Positions 8,395 to 17,997 of a DNA stretch of 64,000 nucleotides are shown here, piece after piece. Position 1 is the stretch's first letter, and each line of letters opens with the position of its first letter. The translations under genes and the position numbers were made by a program. Below the pieces are notes generated by a model, which had not been told where the DNA came from, did no database searches, and was given only the letters and a program-made list of their open reading frames with translations. Origin of the DNA: a virus (lineage: Duplodnaviria; Caudoviricetes); IMG/VR virus record IMGVR_UViG_3300046030_000054, positions 1-64,000 of that record; one strand, given 5' to 3'.

Positions 8395-11007
8395 CTAAAT
8401 AAAAATTTCTGGAACGTTTATTTCAATTTCCTTAGTCTCACTAACAGCATCAAGATCGTTCGCTTTTAAAATATTCTTGGAGACAAAGTAATTATTATCG
8501 GTTTGAATGATAAATTCATCTTTATTGTCTTCTATATATTCTGAGGATTCTCTGGAATAACCATTCTGCTGTAACCAAATCCGTAAGTCACTATCTGTTC
8601 CATACTCCATGAAACGATACCAGTCATTCTGAGGTGGCATTCCACTCTTAGTTAACTCCTGGGTAACTTTCAAGAAATATTTACCTAATACAAACTGAAG
8701 ATTTTGCAATCTTTTCATCACTAAATTAATGGTTATAGTCTCCCAGTCAATATTAGGGGTATTCTCATGGTATTGCCTTACCCTATTAAGAAATCTTGTA
8801 TCTCCACGCTCAGGATCACGGATTTGAATTGCAAAGTCGCAAATCCGTTGCAGGCTGTACCCACTCATCCAAAGTAAGGCTATTTTAGCGTCATCCTCGA
8901 TGACCTTATCTTGAGTTTCCTTGTCTTGTTTTGACTTAACAAAGTCGGATTCATAAATAGCCCAGTTAAATATTTCTGATAGTTTGAGTAAAAAAGCTTT
9001 GGCTTCCGGCCACCTCAATTTTTCCCCATCATGAATATTAGGATATCCTTTAATATTTTCCTGACTAATCTTGTTTCTAAGACTTTCAGACTGATCAGAA
9101 GAGAAGTTAATATCATCCTCTAATTCGTCAACATATCGTTCTTGTAAGGATTGTAAAATTTTTCGTTCTTCTTTGTAGGTTATATGTTTTGCTAAATGGG
9201 TTCTAACTACTCCATGATGATCATTCCGTAATTCCTTGACATAAAGTAATGATAATTTTCGAATTAAATCATAGTTCTTATCTTTTTCAATGTTATCTAA
9301 ACGCACATCGCCTTTCTCCAGGCTCTTCTTAATTGCTGCCGCTTGCTTAGGCTTAATAACATCAACAGATGACTTAGCTTTTTTTAGTCTGTTATTCATC
9401 CTAGATAAATAAGCAGCACGGTTACTATGCGAATTCGCTGTATCACCAGTAATTAGAAAGACATTTCCTAGCATGGAGTGACCTAACCTACCCACTCGAC
9501 CAATTAAGTTCAAGAAGTCTAATTGACTGAGCGTCCTTTTTCCATTTTGCAGCGTAGTAACGAAAATATTATCAGCCAGCAAATTTACTCCCTCTAGTAG
9601 GGTACTGGTGCAGAAAACCAGCTTTAAGATTCCTTGCCGACAGGCTTCCTCGATTCTAATGCGAACGTCAACTGGCAATTCTCCAGTGTGGAAGGCTATT
9701 CCTTTTCTAACTAGTTTTACCAAGATGTATTTAGGGTGAATTTTACGTGAAATATAATCAGCTAACTCTATCAACCTTAGATCGTTACTTTCTTCCATTG
9801 AACGACTAACAACCACAGCATCTGAAATAGCATTTACTTTTGAACCGTAATAAACCAAATTGCAATTACTATTCCCTAAAACTCTCATCATCTTCCGAAT
9901 AATATCTGGTACTGATAGCGTTTCTTTAAATTTACCTATCGGAATAGTATTTTGATTCAAATCATCATATACTTCCGCTTTATTAGCATAGCGATCAAAG
10001 ATAATTTCCACCTGGGTTACTGGGGATTCGACAATGCGAAGGCCATCATTCGATGCGGCTGTTTGTACTAACTTTTTAAATATTCCTGGATTTGGAATCA
10101 ATGGTGAGGCAAAGGTTACCTTCGGTCGATTTTTCCATGCACTAACCCTGTCAAATATTTCATAGTAAAAGACACTACGCGAACTTGCTTCTGTAACTTT
10201 TTGAGACTCATCAATAAACAGGTGTATTAACCGTGCTTCTGAATATTGTGTTAAAAGGGCTAATAGGCGTTCAGGAGTCATTACGCAAATATAGCTTCCC
10301 TCGTAATCTATCCTGTACTCTTCAGGATGAGAAATGACTCGATATTGTTTTTCGCCTAATTTTGCCCCTAAATCCTTAATAAGCCGAACCTTTACTTCGG
10401 TAATGAGTGCCTTGCTTGGTACAGTGATCGCAAAGTTGCCTACGACACCCTCCTTCACTTGAAGCTCAATATACTTCTCAATTAAAAAGGTCTTCCCCAT
10501 TGATGTTGGAGCTGAAAAACTAGTAAGTTCATTGCTCAAAGACTTAAAAAGTATATCTTGCTTACCGATAAACGACTTACTTTCTTCTCCAGGAATCTGG
10601 CGTTTCTCTTTTTGATAGTTTACCAAGGCTTCGTTCCATAACTGCTCAATTGTTGGAACTAGCGTATAGCTTTGTCCTTGACGAGGCAAAAAGTTGTTAA
10701 AGCTGGTCAAAACCTCATTAGTAATCAGTGAAACCTCAGGATCGTTAGGATACATTTTGGATAGAGTAGCAACAATTTTCAAGGCACTATTTTTTTGCCT
10801 ACTGTCTCCCTTTTTATTGATTGATTTTGATAGCAAATCAGCGAAGCGTAGAAGATCATGTTTCTGCTTTCCTGTTAACTTCCAATCTAGATGAAATAGC
10901 CAGCAACCATACTGCTTAGACAAAATACTCATCAGCTTGTGTAAGTAATCATCATTTTCTAAATACTCGTAAAGATATTCGCCCAATCTTTTTTCTTGTT
11001 GTGGCAT
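8395..11007 (-). CDS. hamB: Hachiman HamB-like DEAD/DEAH helicase
   Basis: SAPTSMGKT, FIDESQK, GIAFHTGELP, CTSTLLEGVNL, NLIGRVGR; directly downstream of a HamA-like gene. Confidence 0.8.
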   Translation of the reverse strand: MPQQEKRLGEYLYEYLENDDYLHKLMSILSKQYGCWLFHLDWKLTGKQKHDLLRFADLLSKSINKKGDSRQKNSALKIVATLSKMYPNDPEVSLITNEVLTSFNNFLPRQGQSYTLVPTIEQLWNEALVNYQKEKRQIPGEESKSFIGKQDILFKSLSNELTSFSAPTSMGKTFLIEKYIELQVKEGVVGNFAITVPSKALITEVKVRLIKDLGAKLGEKQYRVISHPEEYRIDYEGSYICVMTPERLLALLTQYSEARLIHLFIDESQKVTEASSRSVFYYEIFDRVSAWKNRPKVTFASPLIPNPGIFKKLVQTAASNDGLRIVESPVTQVEIIFDRYANKAEVYDDLNQNTIPIGKFKETLSVPDIIRKMMRVLGNSNCNLVYYGSKVNAISDAVVVSRSMEESNDLRLIELADYISRKIHPKYILVKLVRKGIAFHTGELPVDVRIRIEEACRQGILKLVFCTSTLLEGVNLLADNIFVTTLQNGKRTLSQLDFLNLIGRVGRLGHSMLGNVFLITGDTANSHSNRAAYLSRMNNRLKKAKSSVDVIKPKQAAAIKKSLEKGDVRLDNIEKDKNYDLIRKLSLLYVKELRNDHHGVVRTHLAKHITYKEERKILQSLQERYVDELEDDINFSSDQSESLRNKISQENIKGYPNIHDGEKLRWPEAKAFLLKLSEIFNWAIYESDFVKSKQDKETQDKVIEDDAKIALLWMSGYSLQRICDFAIQIRDPERGDTRFLNRVRQYHENTPNIDWETITINLVMKRLQNLQFVLGKYFLKVTQELTKSGMPPQNDWYRFMEYGTDSDLRIWLQQNGYSRESSEYIEDNKDEFIIQTDNNYFVSKNILKANDLDAVSETKEIEINVPEIFI

Positions 11008-11011
11008 ACTC

Positions 11012-12411
11012 TTATTCTCCTATCAAATCCTTCATTATCGCATGAGTATCCTCTTCAGCATTAGTAAAAGGTAACAAGTACACATAAAACGACGATTTTT
11101 GCCAATGATGCTGCTGAATAACTATATTCAATTGCCTAATCGCTTGTTCCAAATCACAATTAATAGCTTGACGACACTTCTGTTTTGCTTCTTCTTGCGT
11201 GCAATCGTCTAAATCTAATTGGGTTCTAAACTTATAGCCAATAAAGATCCCATATGATGCAATATCTTCAAAGTCTGTTTCAGTTGGTGCCATTAACTTA
11301 ATAATGGTATTACTCTTATCTTCACCAAATTGTGTCCGAAGAATGGAACGGTCAACTATGTCAGTAGCCAGTACCATCTCATTGGACCGATTATTATCAA
11401 AAGTTGCTATCTTCTTCACTACATTATTAATTGCATCCTCGAGATTATTGTTTAATTGTGATGCCCCAAGGATTAGTTGATTTTTACCTTGGTCTCTTTT
11501 TAGGTATATGCCTTCGCTGTCGATCGTTCGCTTGAATTTTAAAATTTCCGCCCTGGTATAGAGTTTAAGTGCGTTATCCTCATGCTCTAAAAAATATATG
11601 CTAGCAATTCACCTAGTAAATTATTTGGAATACCACTTTTAGCATATTTTCTTAGTAAATTGGCTGCCCGTAAACCTACAACAGCTGTTTTACTAACTCC
11701 ACGGGCTATTGCGTAGCTAGTAATATTGGATGTCACTAGATTCTTTAAATTCGTATAGCTAAAAGGCAACAACTCTGGCTTCAAAACAAAAGCATGAATT
11801 GAGTTTCTATTTTTTACAGCATCTATCTCACTAGCATTAACCTGACGAAAGACTGTTGAGAACGTCTCATCTGAAACAGTTTTTGTAAATATATCCTTAT
11901 CCTCACTTTTTGTGGGGATTTTTTGTTTTCGCCTATTTTTTCTGCTCGCTACTTTTTCAAACTCTTCAGTAAATAAGTTGGCTAATAATGCTGGTACTTT
12001 ACCTCGATACACATCTGGTGAAATTCCATCCTTCTTCAATTTCTTAGCAATCAAAGTTAACTGATCTGCGCCAATTTTGTTGAAATATTCTTCCAGCGAA
12101 GATGTTTCTTTGTTTATTAAGTTCAGCAGTTTTTTAGAAGCAGATCTGGAGATTCCATCAGTGGCATACGTATTCAATGTTGATGAGGCAGGCATGGGTG
12201 AGTATTGGTTATCTGACGCATGCTCGATTATCAAGCTAACTGTTTCTTCTTTTGAAGTATCTGCCGCATCCGGTAAATAAGGATTGACCAAATCTATTAA
12301 ATAAGTGAAATTAGCTTCTTTTGCCATTTTGCTTCCCAGCTTTTTTGGAGTTTTTCGGAGTTTCATATAAAAACTCGGAGGTTGATTTATGCCCATCTTG
12401 TTATTATTCAA
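11012..12411 (-). pseudogene. hamA: Hachiman HamA-like nuclease with long N-terminal extension, split by a 1-nt frameshift in a T6 run (ORFs 11587-12411 and 11012-11419)
   Basis: Adding one T at 11589-11594 gives LGELLAYIF-LEHEDNALKLY..DSEGIYL..LILGASQL running in frame into the 11419 ORF; probable start 12327. Confidence 0.8.
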
Positions 12412-12554
12412 ATATCAGCTAGAGATTAGTGCTTAACAATAATAATTATACCAGACTGACACCGCTTTCTCGGATAATTATTTTTGCATTCGCACATTTT
12501 TTTGGCTGATAAGCATGGGATGAGTGATTAACATCCATTACTAGCATGCGCCGA

Positions 12555-12700
12555 ATTGAATAACACTCTGTAACAAAGCCACTAGTAAGGCGCTGTTGCA
12601 GTACCCAAGCGATCTCTTCGTTTAGGTCTGTTTAACACACCCTAGTGGCTTTTAATGTGCCTTCGATTCCTTCGCTTGGGAGATCCCAAACGGAGGTTTT
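12555..12700 (+). ncRNA. Putative structured 5' leader RNA (nested helices plus pseudoknot) upstream of the sigma gene
   Basis: AAGCCACTAG/CTAGTGGCTT, TGTT/AACA, loop CCCAAGCGA pairing with downstream TCGCTTGGG; compensatory changes versus the E2 copy. Confidence 0.6.
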
Positions 12701-12705
12701 ATTAA

Positions 12706-13224
12706 ATGAAGACAAATAATAGTGAGTACGAATTAGTCGGTGAACAAAATAACAAGCTAATCGTCCGTGTAAAGCATATGGGCAACCAAACAGTAGTGAT
12801 CACTAAAGCTGAAGGCAATGTCATTTTCGACTTTGACCATCAACAATATAATTCCGATCACCGAAACGAACGTCACCAAGATAAGTTCTTCAAGCAAGAT
12901 CCATCTGATCCAGATATGAATATGATGGACACCCTGGCGGACCGCGAATCTATTGAAGTCACCTCGATTTATGGTGAGGATAGCCTACTCGACAAAATCG
13001 TTGAAAAAGAGGGCCGTCAAAGTCGACAAATGTTAGCTGGGCAATTATCGACTGCCTTAGCTACCTTAACGAATAAACAAAAATATGCCGTGACTCAGTA
13101 TTACTATAATGGCGTCAAGAAAAATCAAATTGCCAAGAAGATGGGTATCAGCAAGGTTATGGCCGGTCGACATGTGAAAGCTGCTATCAAAAAGCTACGC
13201 CAATTTTACAACATTGAAGATTAA
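12706..13224 (+). CDS. Sigma-70 region-4 / ECF-like sigma factor
   Basis: C-terminal LTNKQKYAV..YYY..KKNQIAKKMGISKVMAGRHVKAAIKKLR HTH. Confidence 0.8.
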   Translation: MKTNNSEYELVGEQNNKLIVRVKHMGNQTVVITKAEGNVIFDFDHQQYNSDHRNERHQDKFFKQDPSDPDMNMMDTLADRESIEVTSIYGEDSLLDKIVEKEGRQSRQMLAGQLSTALATLTNKQKYAVTQYYYNGVKKNQIAKKMGISKVMAGRHVKAAIKKLRQFYNIED

Positions 13225-13247
13225 TTTGAGAAAAGTGGACCACAGTA

Positions 13248-13286
13248 GGTTCACTTTTTTGCTGTTTCTGGCTAATAGATGTGAGG
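13248..13286 (+). promoter_or_regulatory. Conserved motif GGTTYACTTT-N10-CTGGCWWAT, putative element-sigma promoter (overlaps a terminator-like hairpin)
   Basis: Five copies with identical spacing in the window. Confidence 0.6.
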
Positions 13287-13319
13287 AGTAACTCACGAAA
13301 CCTAACGAAAGGAGACCAG

Positions 13320-13526
13320 ATGATGGCAAATAAGGTATCAATCAAGGTCACTAAGCACCCTCACCAAGAAGGTGTTGTCATTATGCGCAACATCACTATC
13401 CGGGAACGATTGCTCCGGCTACTGCTTGGCAAGCCGCATCACTTGATGGTGATTGCGCCCGGCAAGGATGTTCAGCAGCTACAGATTAATAAGGTAAAGG
13501 AGGCTTCACATGAGTACAATGAATGA
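13320..13526 (+). CDS. Small conserved hypothetical protein
   Basis: RBS AAAGGAG before ATG 13320; near-identical paralogue 53211-53414. Confidence 0.7.
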   Translation: MMANKVSIKVTKHPHQEGVVIMRNITIRERLLRLLLGKPHHLMVIAPGKDVQQLQINKVKEASHEYNE

Positions 13527-13845
13527 TTTGGATCTGCAAATAAAAGAACGCGAAGAATTCTATCATCGCATGGCTGAAGAGGCGGTGGAAGGTCTTAAAA
13601 CCATTCAGGCCGTTCGTCAGCAGTTATCCGGCGGCAACAATAATCAAGATGTTAATGAAAAGCCGAAACGTAATCCGGTTCAAGATAAGGTCACGATCCG
13701 TCAACTGCTGGCTAAGAGGTGCCAAGAAGGTTATACCAACCAGGTCAAGGACCTCCTTCACAAGTTCGGTGCTGACAAGCTGTCAGATGTCAATTCTAAG
13801 GATTACGAGGATCTCTATTACAGCGCAGAGGGGATTGGACAATGA
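13510..13845 (+). CDS. Hypothetical protein typical upstream of DUF2800 in phage replication modules
   Basis: C-terminal VKDLLHKFGADKLSDV motif; paralogue in E2. Confidence 0.7.
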   Translation: MSTMNDLDLQIKEREEFYHRMAEEAVEGLKTIQAVRQQLSGGNNNQDVNEKPKRNPVQDKVTIRQLLAKRCQEGYTNQVKDLLHKFGADKLSDVNSKDYEDLYYSAEGIGQ

Positions 13846-14981
13846 GTTCACCTAAACACCATGCCTTACTATCGGCTTCCAGCGCCAATCGCTGGTTAAG
13901 TGCTCCACCGCTGCCACGTTTAGAACAATACTTCCCGCACTCCACTTCAAGTGCAGCCGCCGAAGGAACTGCTGCCCACGCCTTGGGTGAATACAAGATC
14001 CATCGACTGCTCGGTGACCAATTCAAACGTCCTGTTTCTGATTACCAATCGGATGAAATGGAAAGCCTGACTGACGACTACGCCAGTTATGTCTTGGAGC
14101 AATACCAAAAGGCTAAACGGTATGCTAAGGATGCCACCATCAGCGTTGAACAGAAGTTGGACTTCTCCAAATATGTCCCAGATGGCTTCGGCACTGGTGA
14201 CTGTGTGATTGTTTCTGACCACCTGCTCCATATCATCGACTTCAAATATGGTAAAGGTGTCCGTGTTGAAGCTAAGAATAACCCACAAATGAAGCTTTAC
14301 GCGATCGGAGCCCTTGAGATGTTCGGCAGCCTTTACAACGTCGATGAAGTCGAAACAACGATCTTTCAACCCCGCATGGCCAACATCAGTACCTGGACTA
14401 TTAATGCTAAAGAACTAATGCATTGGGCCAATACCGAATTAAAAGCAAAGGCCGAACTCGCCTTTACTGGCAAAGGTACTGTCCATTATGGTCCTTGGTG
14501 TCAATTTTCCACTTGTAATGCGGTACTGCGAGCACGTTTTGACTATCATCACAAGCTCACCCGCTTTCAACTACGGTCACCGAACTTGCTAACAGATAGT
14601 GAGGTTACTGAAGTACTAGAGCACATTGATGATCTAAACCGCTGGGCTCACGAAGTTAAAGACTATGCTGCCAACTTAGCCATTAACCATGGGAAACAGT
14701 GGCCCGGCTACAAAATCGTTGAAGGACGATCTGTTCGTCATTATAAAGATGAAGCAGCTATAGCAAAAATTGCTGAAGAACACGGCTACCATGATATTTA
14801 TCAAAAGAAGCTACTGCCAATTACAAAACTAGAAAAACAGCTCGGTAAGAAGAAATTCACTGAACTGTTTAGTCAAGAAATTGTAAAACCTGCGGGTAAG
14901 CCAACCTTGGTGCCAAATTCCGATCAACGTCAGAGTATTAGCAAATCTAACCCACAAGATGAATTTAAGGAGGAAAAATAA
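13842..14981 (+). CDS. DUF2800 PD-(D/E)XK (Cas4-like) nuclease
   Basis: HALLSASS..W, EGTAAH, FGTGDC..IIDFKYGKG, CQFSTC. Confidence 0.85.
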   Translation: MSSPKHHALLSASSANRWLSAPPLPRLEQYFPHSTSSAAAEGTAAHALGEYKIHRLLGDQFKRPVSDYQSDEMESLTDDYASYVLEQYQKAKRYAKDATISVEQKLDFSKYVPDGFGTGDCVIVSDHLLHIIDFKYGKGVRVEAKNNPQMKLYAIGALEMFGSLYNVDEVETTIFQPRMANISTWTINAKELMHWANTELKAKAELAFTGKGTVHYGPWCQFSTCNAVLRARFDYHHKLTRFQLRSPNLLTDSEVTEVLEHIDDLNRWAHEVKDYAANLAINHGKQWPGYKIVEGRSVRHYKDEAAIAKIAEEHGYHDIYQKKLLPITKLEKQLGKKKFTELFSQEIVKPAGKPTLVPNSDQRQSISKSNPQDEFKEEK

Positions 14982-14982
14982 T

Positions 14983-15534
14983 ATGTCACAACAAACTAAG
15001 GTCGTTACCGGTATCAACACTCGTCTCTCTTATGCCAACATCTGGGAACCTAAGTCTATCAATGGTGGTAAGGAAAAGTATTCAGTTAGTCTAATCATCC
15101 CCAAGTCCGATCAAAAGACAGTCACTGCCATCGAAAAAGCTATCGATGCTGCCATTCAGGAAGGAATTGGAAAGTTTGGTGGTAAGAAGCCTAATAAGGC
15201 CACTCTCAAGCTACCTCTTCGAGATGGGGATGTGGAGCGTGATGATGCCGCCTACCAAGATAGTTACTTTATCAATGCTAATTCGATCACGGCACCACAG
15301 ATTGTGGATAAGCATGTCCAACCAATCCTTGATCGTGATGAAGTTTACAGTGGCTGCTATGCCCGAGTATCGATTAACTTCTATGCTTTTAACACCAACG
15401 GTAACCGTGGAATTGCCTGTGGCCTGGGTAACATCCAAAAGATCCGTGATGGAGAACCACTAGGTGGACATGCTAGTGCCAGCGATGACTTCACAGCGAT
15501 TGATGGTAGCAATGACGATGATTTCTTAGCTTAA
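14983..15534 (+). CDS. DUF2815 phage single-stranded DNA-binding protein
   Basis: KYSVSLIIPK, LPLRDGD, YSGCYAR, GLGNIQKIRDGEPLGG, acidic DDDF tail. Confidence 0.88.
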   Translation: MSQQTKVVTGINTRLSYANIWEPKSINGGKEKYSVSLIIPKSDQKTVTAIEKAIDAAIQEGIGKFGGKKPNKATLKLPLRDGDVERDDAAYQDSYFINANSITAPQIVDKHVQPILDRDEVYSGCYARVSINFYAFNTNGNRGIACGLGNIQKIRDGEPLGGHASASDDFTAIDGSNDDDFLA

Positions 15535-15589
15535 ACCAAAAGATGGGCAGTCGACTTTGACTACCCATTTTTTGTAGAAAGGATTTCTA

Positions 15590-17524
15590 ATGAAACAGCT
15601 TTCGATTGATATTGAAACTTATTCCAGCACCAACCTAAATCAGACTGGCGTCTATCGATACGCTGATAGCGATGATTTTGAGCTTTTGCTCTTTGGTTAT
15701 GCTACCGACTTTGGCCCCGTCAAGGTGGTGGACTTAACCCAGGGTGAAAAGATTCCACCACAGATTATTGAAGCCCTAGATAATCCCAACATTATTAAGA
15801 GTGCTTTTAATGCTCAATTTGAACGGGTCTGTCTGTCATGCTTTGTTGGTCACCGCTTAAAGCCAACTGGTTGGCATTGTTCTCGCGTTTGGTCTGCCAC
15901 TCTCGGCTTGCCATTATCACTACGAGATGTTGGAAGCGTGTTAGGGTTACCACGGCAAAAGATCACTGCTGGTAAAGAGCTTGTGCGCTACTTCTGTACA
16001 CCTTGCAAACCTACGAAGGCCAATCAAAATCGCACTCGTAACTTCCCCTACCATGCTCCTGATAAATGGCAACAGTTTAAGCAATACAATCAGCGTGACG
16101 TCGAGGTTGAAATGGAAATCACCCAGAAGCTCGAATGCTTCCCCGTCCCACAGAATGAATGGGAAAACTACTGGATGGATCAAGACATTAATGATCGCGG
16201 TATCCGGATTGACCAACAACTGGTTAACAATGCGATCAAATGTCAAAACGTCTTCCATGACCAGTACTTACAGACTGCTAAAGAATTAACAGGTCTAGCA
16301 AATCCTAACTCTCCATTACAGCTAAAAGACTGGCTCCAGCAGCAAGGTATTAAAACTAATTCACTATCCAAAGCATCAGTGGCACAGCTATTACAAACAA
16401 CTACCGGCACGGTTCATCAAGTATTAGCTCTCCGTCAGTTACTCTCCAAATCAAGTGTCAAAAAGTACCAGGCTATGCAGAAAGCTATGTGCCAAGATGG
16501 TCGTGTCCATGGTCTTTTACAATTTTATGGTGCAAACCGTACCGGTCGCTGGGCTGGTCGCCTTGTACAAGTACAAAATCTGCCCCGTAATTCAATGCCA
16601 GACCTCGAAGAAGCTCGCGAATTAGTTAAGCAAGGCAACGTACCAGCACTTGCAATGCTTTATGATTCAGTGCCAGACGTCTTATCACAATTGATTCGCA
16701 CTGCTTTTATCCCTAGCAAAAATCATCATTTCTACGTGGCTGACTTCTCAGCGGTTGAAGCACGGGTGATTGCTTGGCTATCTAATGAAAAATGGCGACA
16801 AGAATCCTTTGCCAAGAATGAAGATATCTATTGTGCATCCGCGAGTCAGATGTTTGGTGTCCCGGTCGTCAAACATGGCATCAATGGTGAACTCCGTCAA
16901 AAGGGTAAAATTGCCGAACTCGCCCTGGGCTATGGCGGTTCCATTGGTGCCCTCAAAGCCATGGGTGCCACTAAGCTTGGCTTAACTGATGATGAATTAC
17001 CGCCACTGGTTCAAATGTGGCGTATTGCTAGTCCTCACATTGTGCAGTTTTGGTGGGACGTTGATAAAGCGGCTAAAGCTTGTATTAAAACCCACCTTCC
17101 TCAAGAATCTCACGGTATGAAATTCGCCTACCGCAGTGGTTGTATGTTTCTAAAATTACGTTCTGGTCGATCTCTTTGTTATCCCCAACCTAAGATCGGC
17201 ATTAACCGCTTTGGTAGTGAGTCCATTACTTTCATGGGCATTAACACCGTCAAGAAATGGTCACGAATTGAAACCTATGGTGCTAAGTTAGTCGAAAACA
17301 TCGTCCAGGCCACTAGTCGTGATCTCTTAGCTGAAGCCATGCGCCGTTTAGAAGCAGCCGGCAACCCGGCCGTAATGCATATTCATGACGAAGCCGTAAT
17401 TGACGCCCCTTCCAATCGGTCACTTGACACCATGGTTCAGCTCATGACCGAAGTTCCAGACTGGGCCAATGGCTTAATCCTCAACGCTGCTGGTTTTGTT
17501 AGCGACTTTTACAAAAAAGATTAA
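15590..17524 (+). CDS. Phage family A DNA polymerase
   Basis: SIDIETYS exonuclease motif, RTGRWAG, ADFSAVEAR, KIAELALGYG, MHIHDE. Confidence 0.92.
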   Translation: MKQLSIDIETYSSTNLNQTGVYRYADSDDFELLLFGYATDFGPVKVVDLTQGEKIPPQIIEALDNPNIIKSAFNAQFERVCLSCFVGHRLKPTGWHCSRVWSATLGLPLSLRDVGSVLGLPRQKITAGKELVRYFCTPCKPTKANQNRTRNFPYHAPDKWQQFKQYNQRDVEVEMEITQKLECFPVPQNEWENYWMDQDINDRGIRIDQQLVNNAIKCQNVFHDQYLQTAKELTGLANPNSPLQLKDWLQQQGIKTNSLSKASVAQLLQTTTGTVHQVLALRQLLSKSSVKKYQAMQKAMCQDGRVHGLLQFYGANRTGRWAGRLVQVQNLPRNSMPDLEEARELVKQGNVPALAMLYDSVPDVLSQLIRTAFIPSKNHHFYVADFSAVEARVIAWLSNEKWRQESFAKNEDIYCASASQMFGVPVVKHGINGELRQKGKIAELALGYGGSIGALKAMGATKLGLTDDELPPLVQMWRIASPHIVQFWWDVDKAAKACIKTHLPQESHGMKFAYRSGCMFLKLRSGRSLCYPQPKIGINRFGSESITFMGINTVKKWSRIETYGAKLVENIVQATSRDLLAEAMRRLEAAGNPAVMHIHDEAVIDAPSNRSLDTMVQLMTEVPDWANGLILNAAGFVSDFYKKD

Positions 17525-17531
17525 TTTTAAT

Positions 17532-17576
17532 GGTTTACTTTCTGCCCTCATCTGGCTTATTGGTGAGGGCTTTTTT
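17532..17576 (+). promoter_or_regulatory. Second copy of the sigma-promoter-like motif, overlapping a hairpin (GCCCTCA/TGAGGGC + T6)
   Basis: GGTTTACTTT-N10-CTGGCTTAT. Confidence 0.6.
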
Positions 17577-17590
17577 AGTTCTCTAATTTA

Positions 17591-17995
17591 ATGAAAGGAT
17601 CTGAATCTATGTCAGAAGCAACCATAGCAATTACCAAGCTGCGCCAAGATAAACTGAATCCACACTACCGACCAATGATCTTTGTCATTGCGCCGTTTAC
17701 AGAAGTAGTAAAGAGCGATGCTAAAAGTACCATGACAGTGCGCTCTTACTGCCGTTTTATCTATCAACATGGTGGCATCCCCGTTTGTCCACAGCTTTAC
17801 CTACCTCAATTTATTAACCTGCACCATTCACAGGAATTTCAAGTAGCCACTTTTATTAACATTGTGCTACTGACTAAATGCGCCGAAGCCTGGTCATTTG
17901 GTAAACCGACGCACGATATGTGCTACTTCATCCGCTTTGCCAAACGTAAAAATAAAAATATCCGCTACTTTAATAATGAAATGGAGGCCAACTAA
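17591..17995 (+). CDS. Small phage protein (DUF4406/DUF7768-like)
   Basis: IFVIAPF..YCRF..GGIPVCPQLYLPQF..LLTKCAEAWSFG. Confidence 0.65.
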   Translation: MKGSESMSEATIAITKLRQDKLNPHYRPMIFVIAPFTEVVKSDAKSTMTVRSYCRFIYQHGGIPVCPQLYLPQFINLHHSQEFQVATFINIVLLTKCAEAWSFGKPTHDMCYFIRFAKRKNKNIRYFNNEMEAN

Positions 17996-17997
17996 AG

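Noticed and set aside
13842-14981. Cas4-like nuclease suggesting a CRISPR locus
   Set aside because: No repeat-spacer array or other cas genes; the DUF2800-DUF2815-PolA context is a standard phage replication module.
15146-16289. Alternative-frame and antisense ORFs duplicated in both elements (15146-15463, 15211-15438, 15947-16258, 15981-16289)
   Set aside because: They are conserved only because the underlying DNA is nearly identical; no RBS or motif support.
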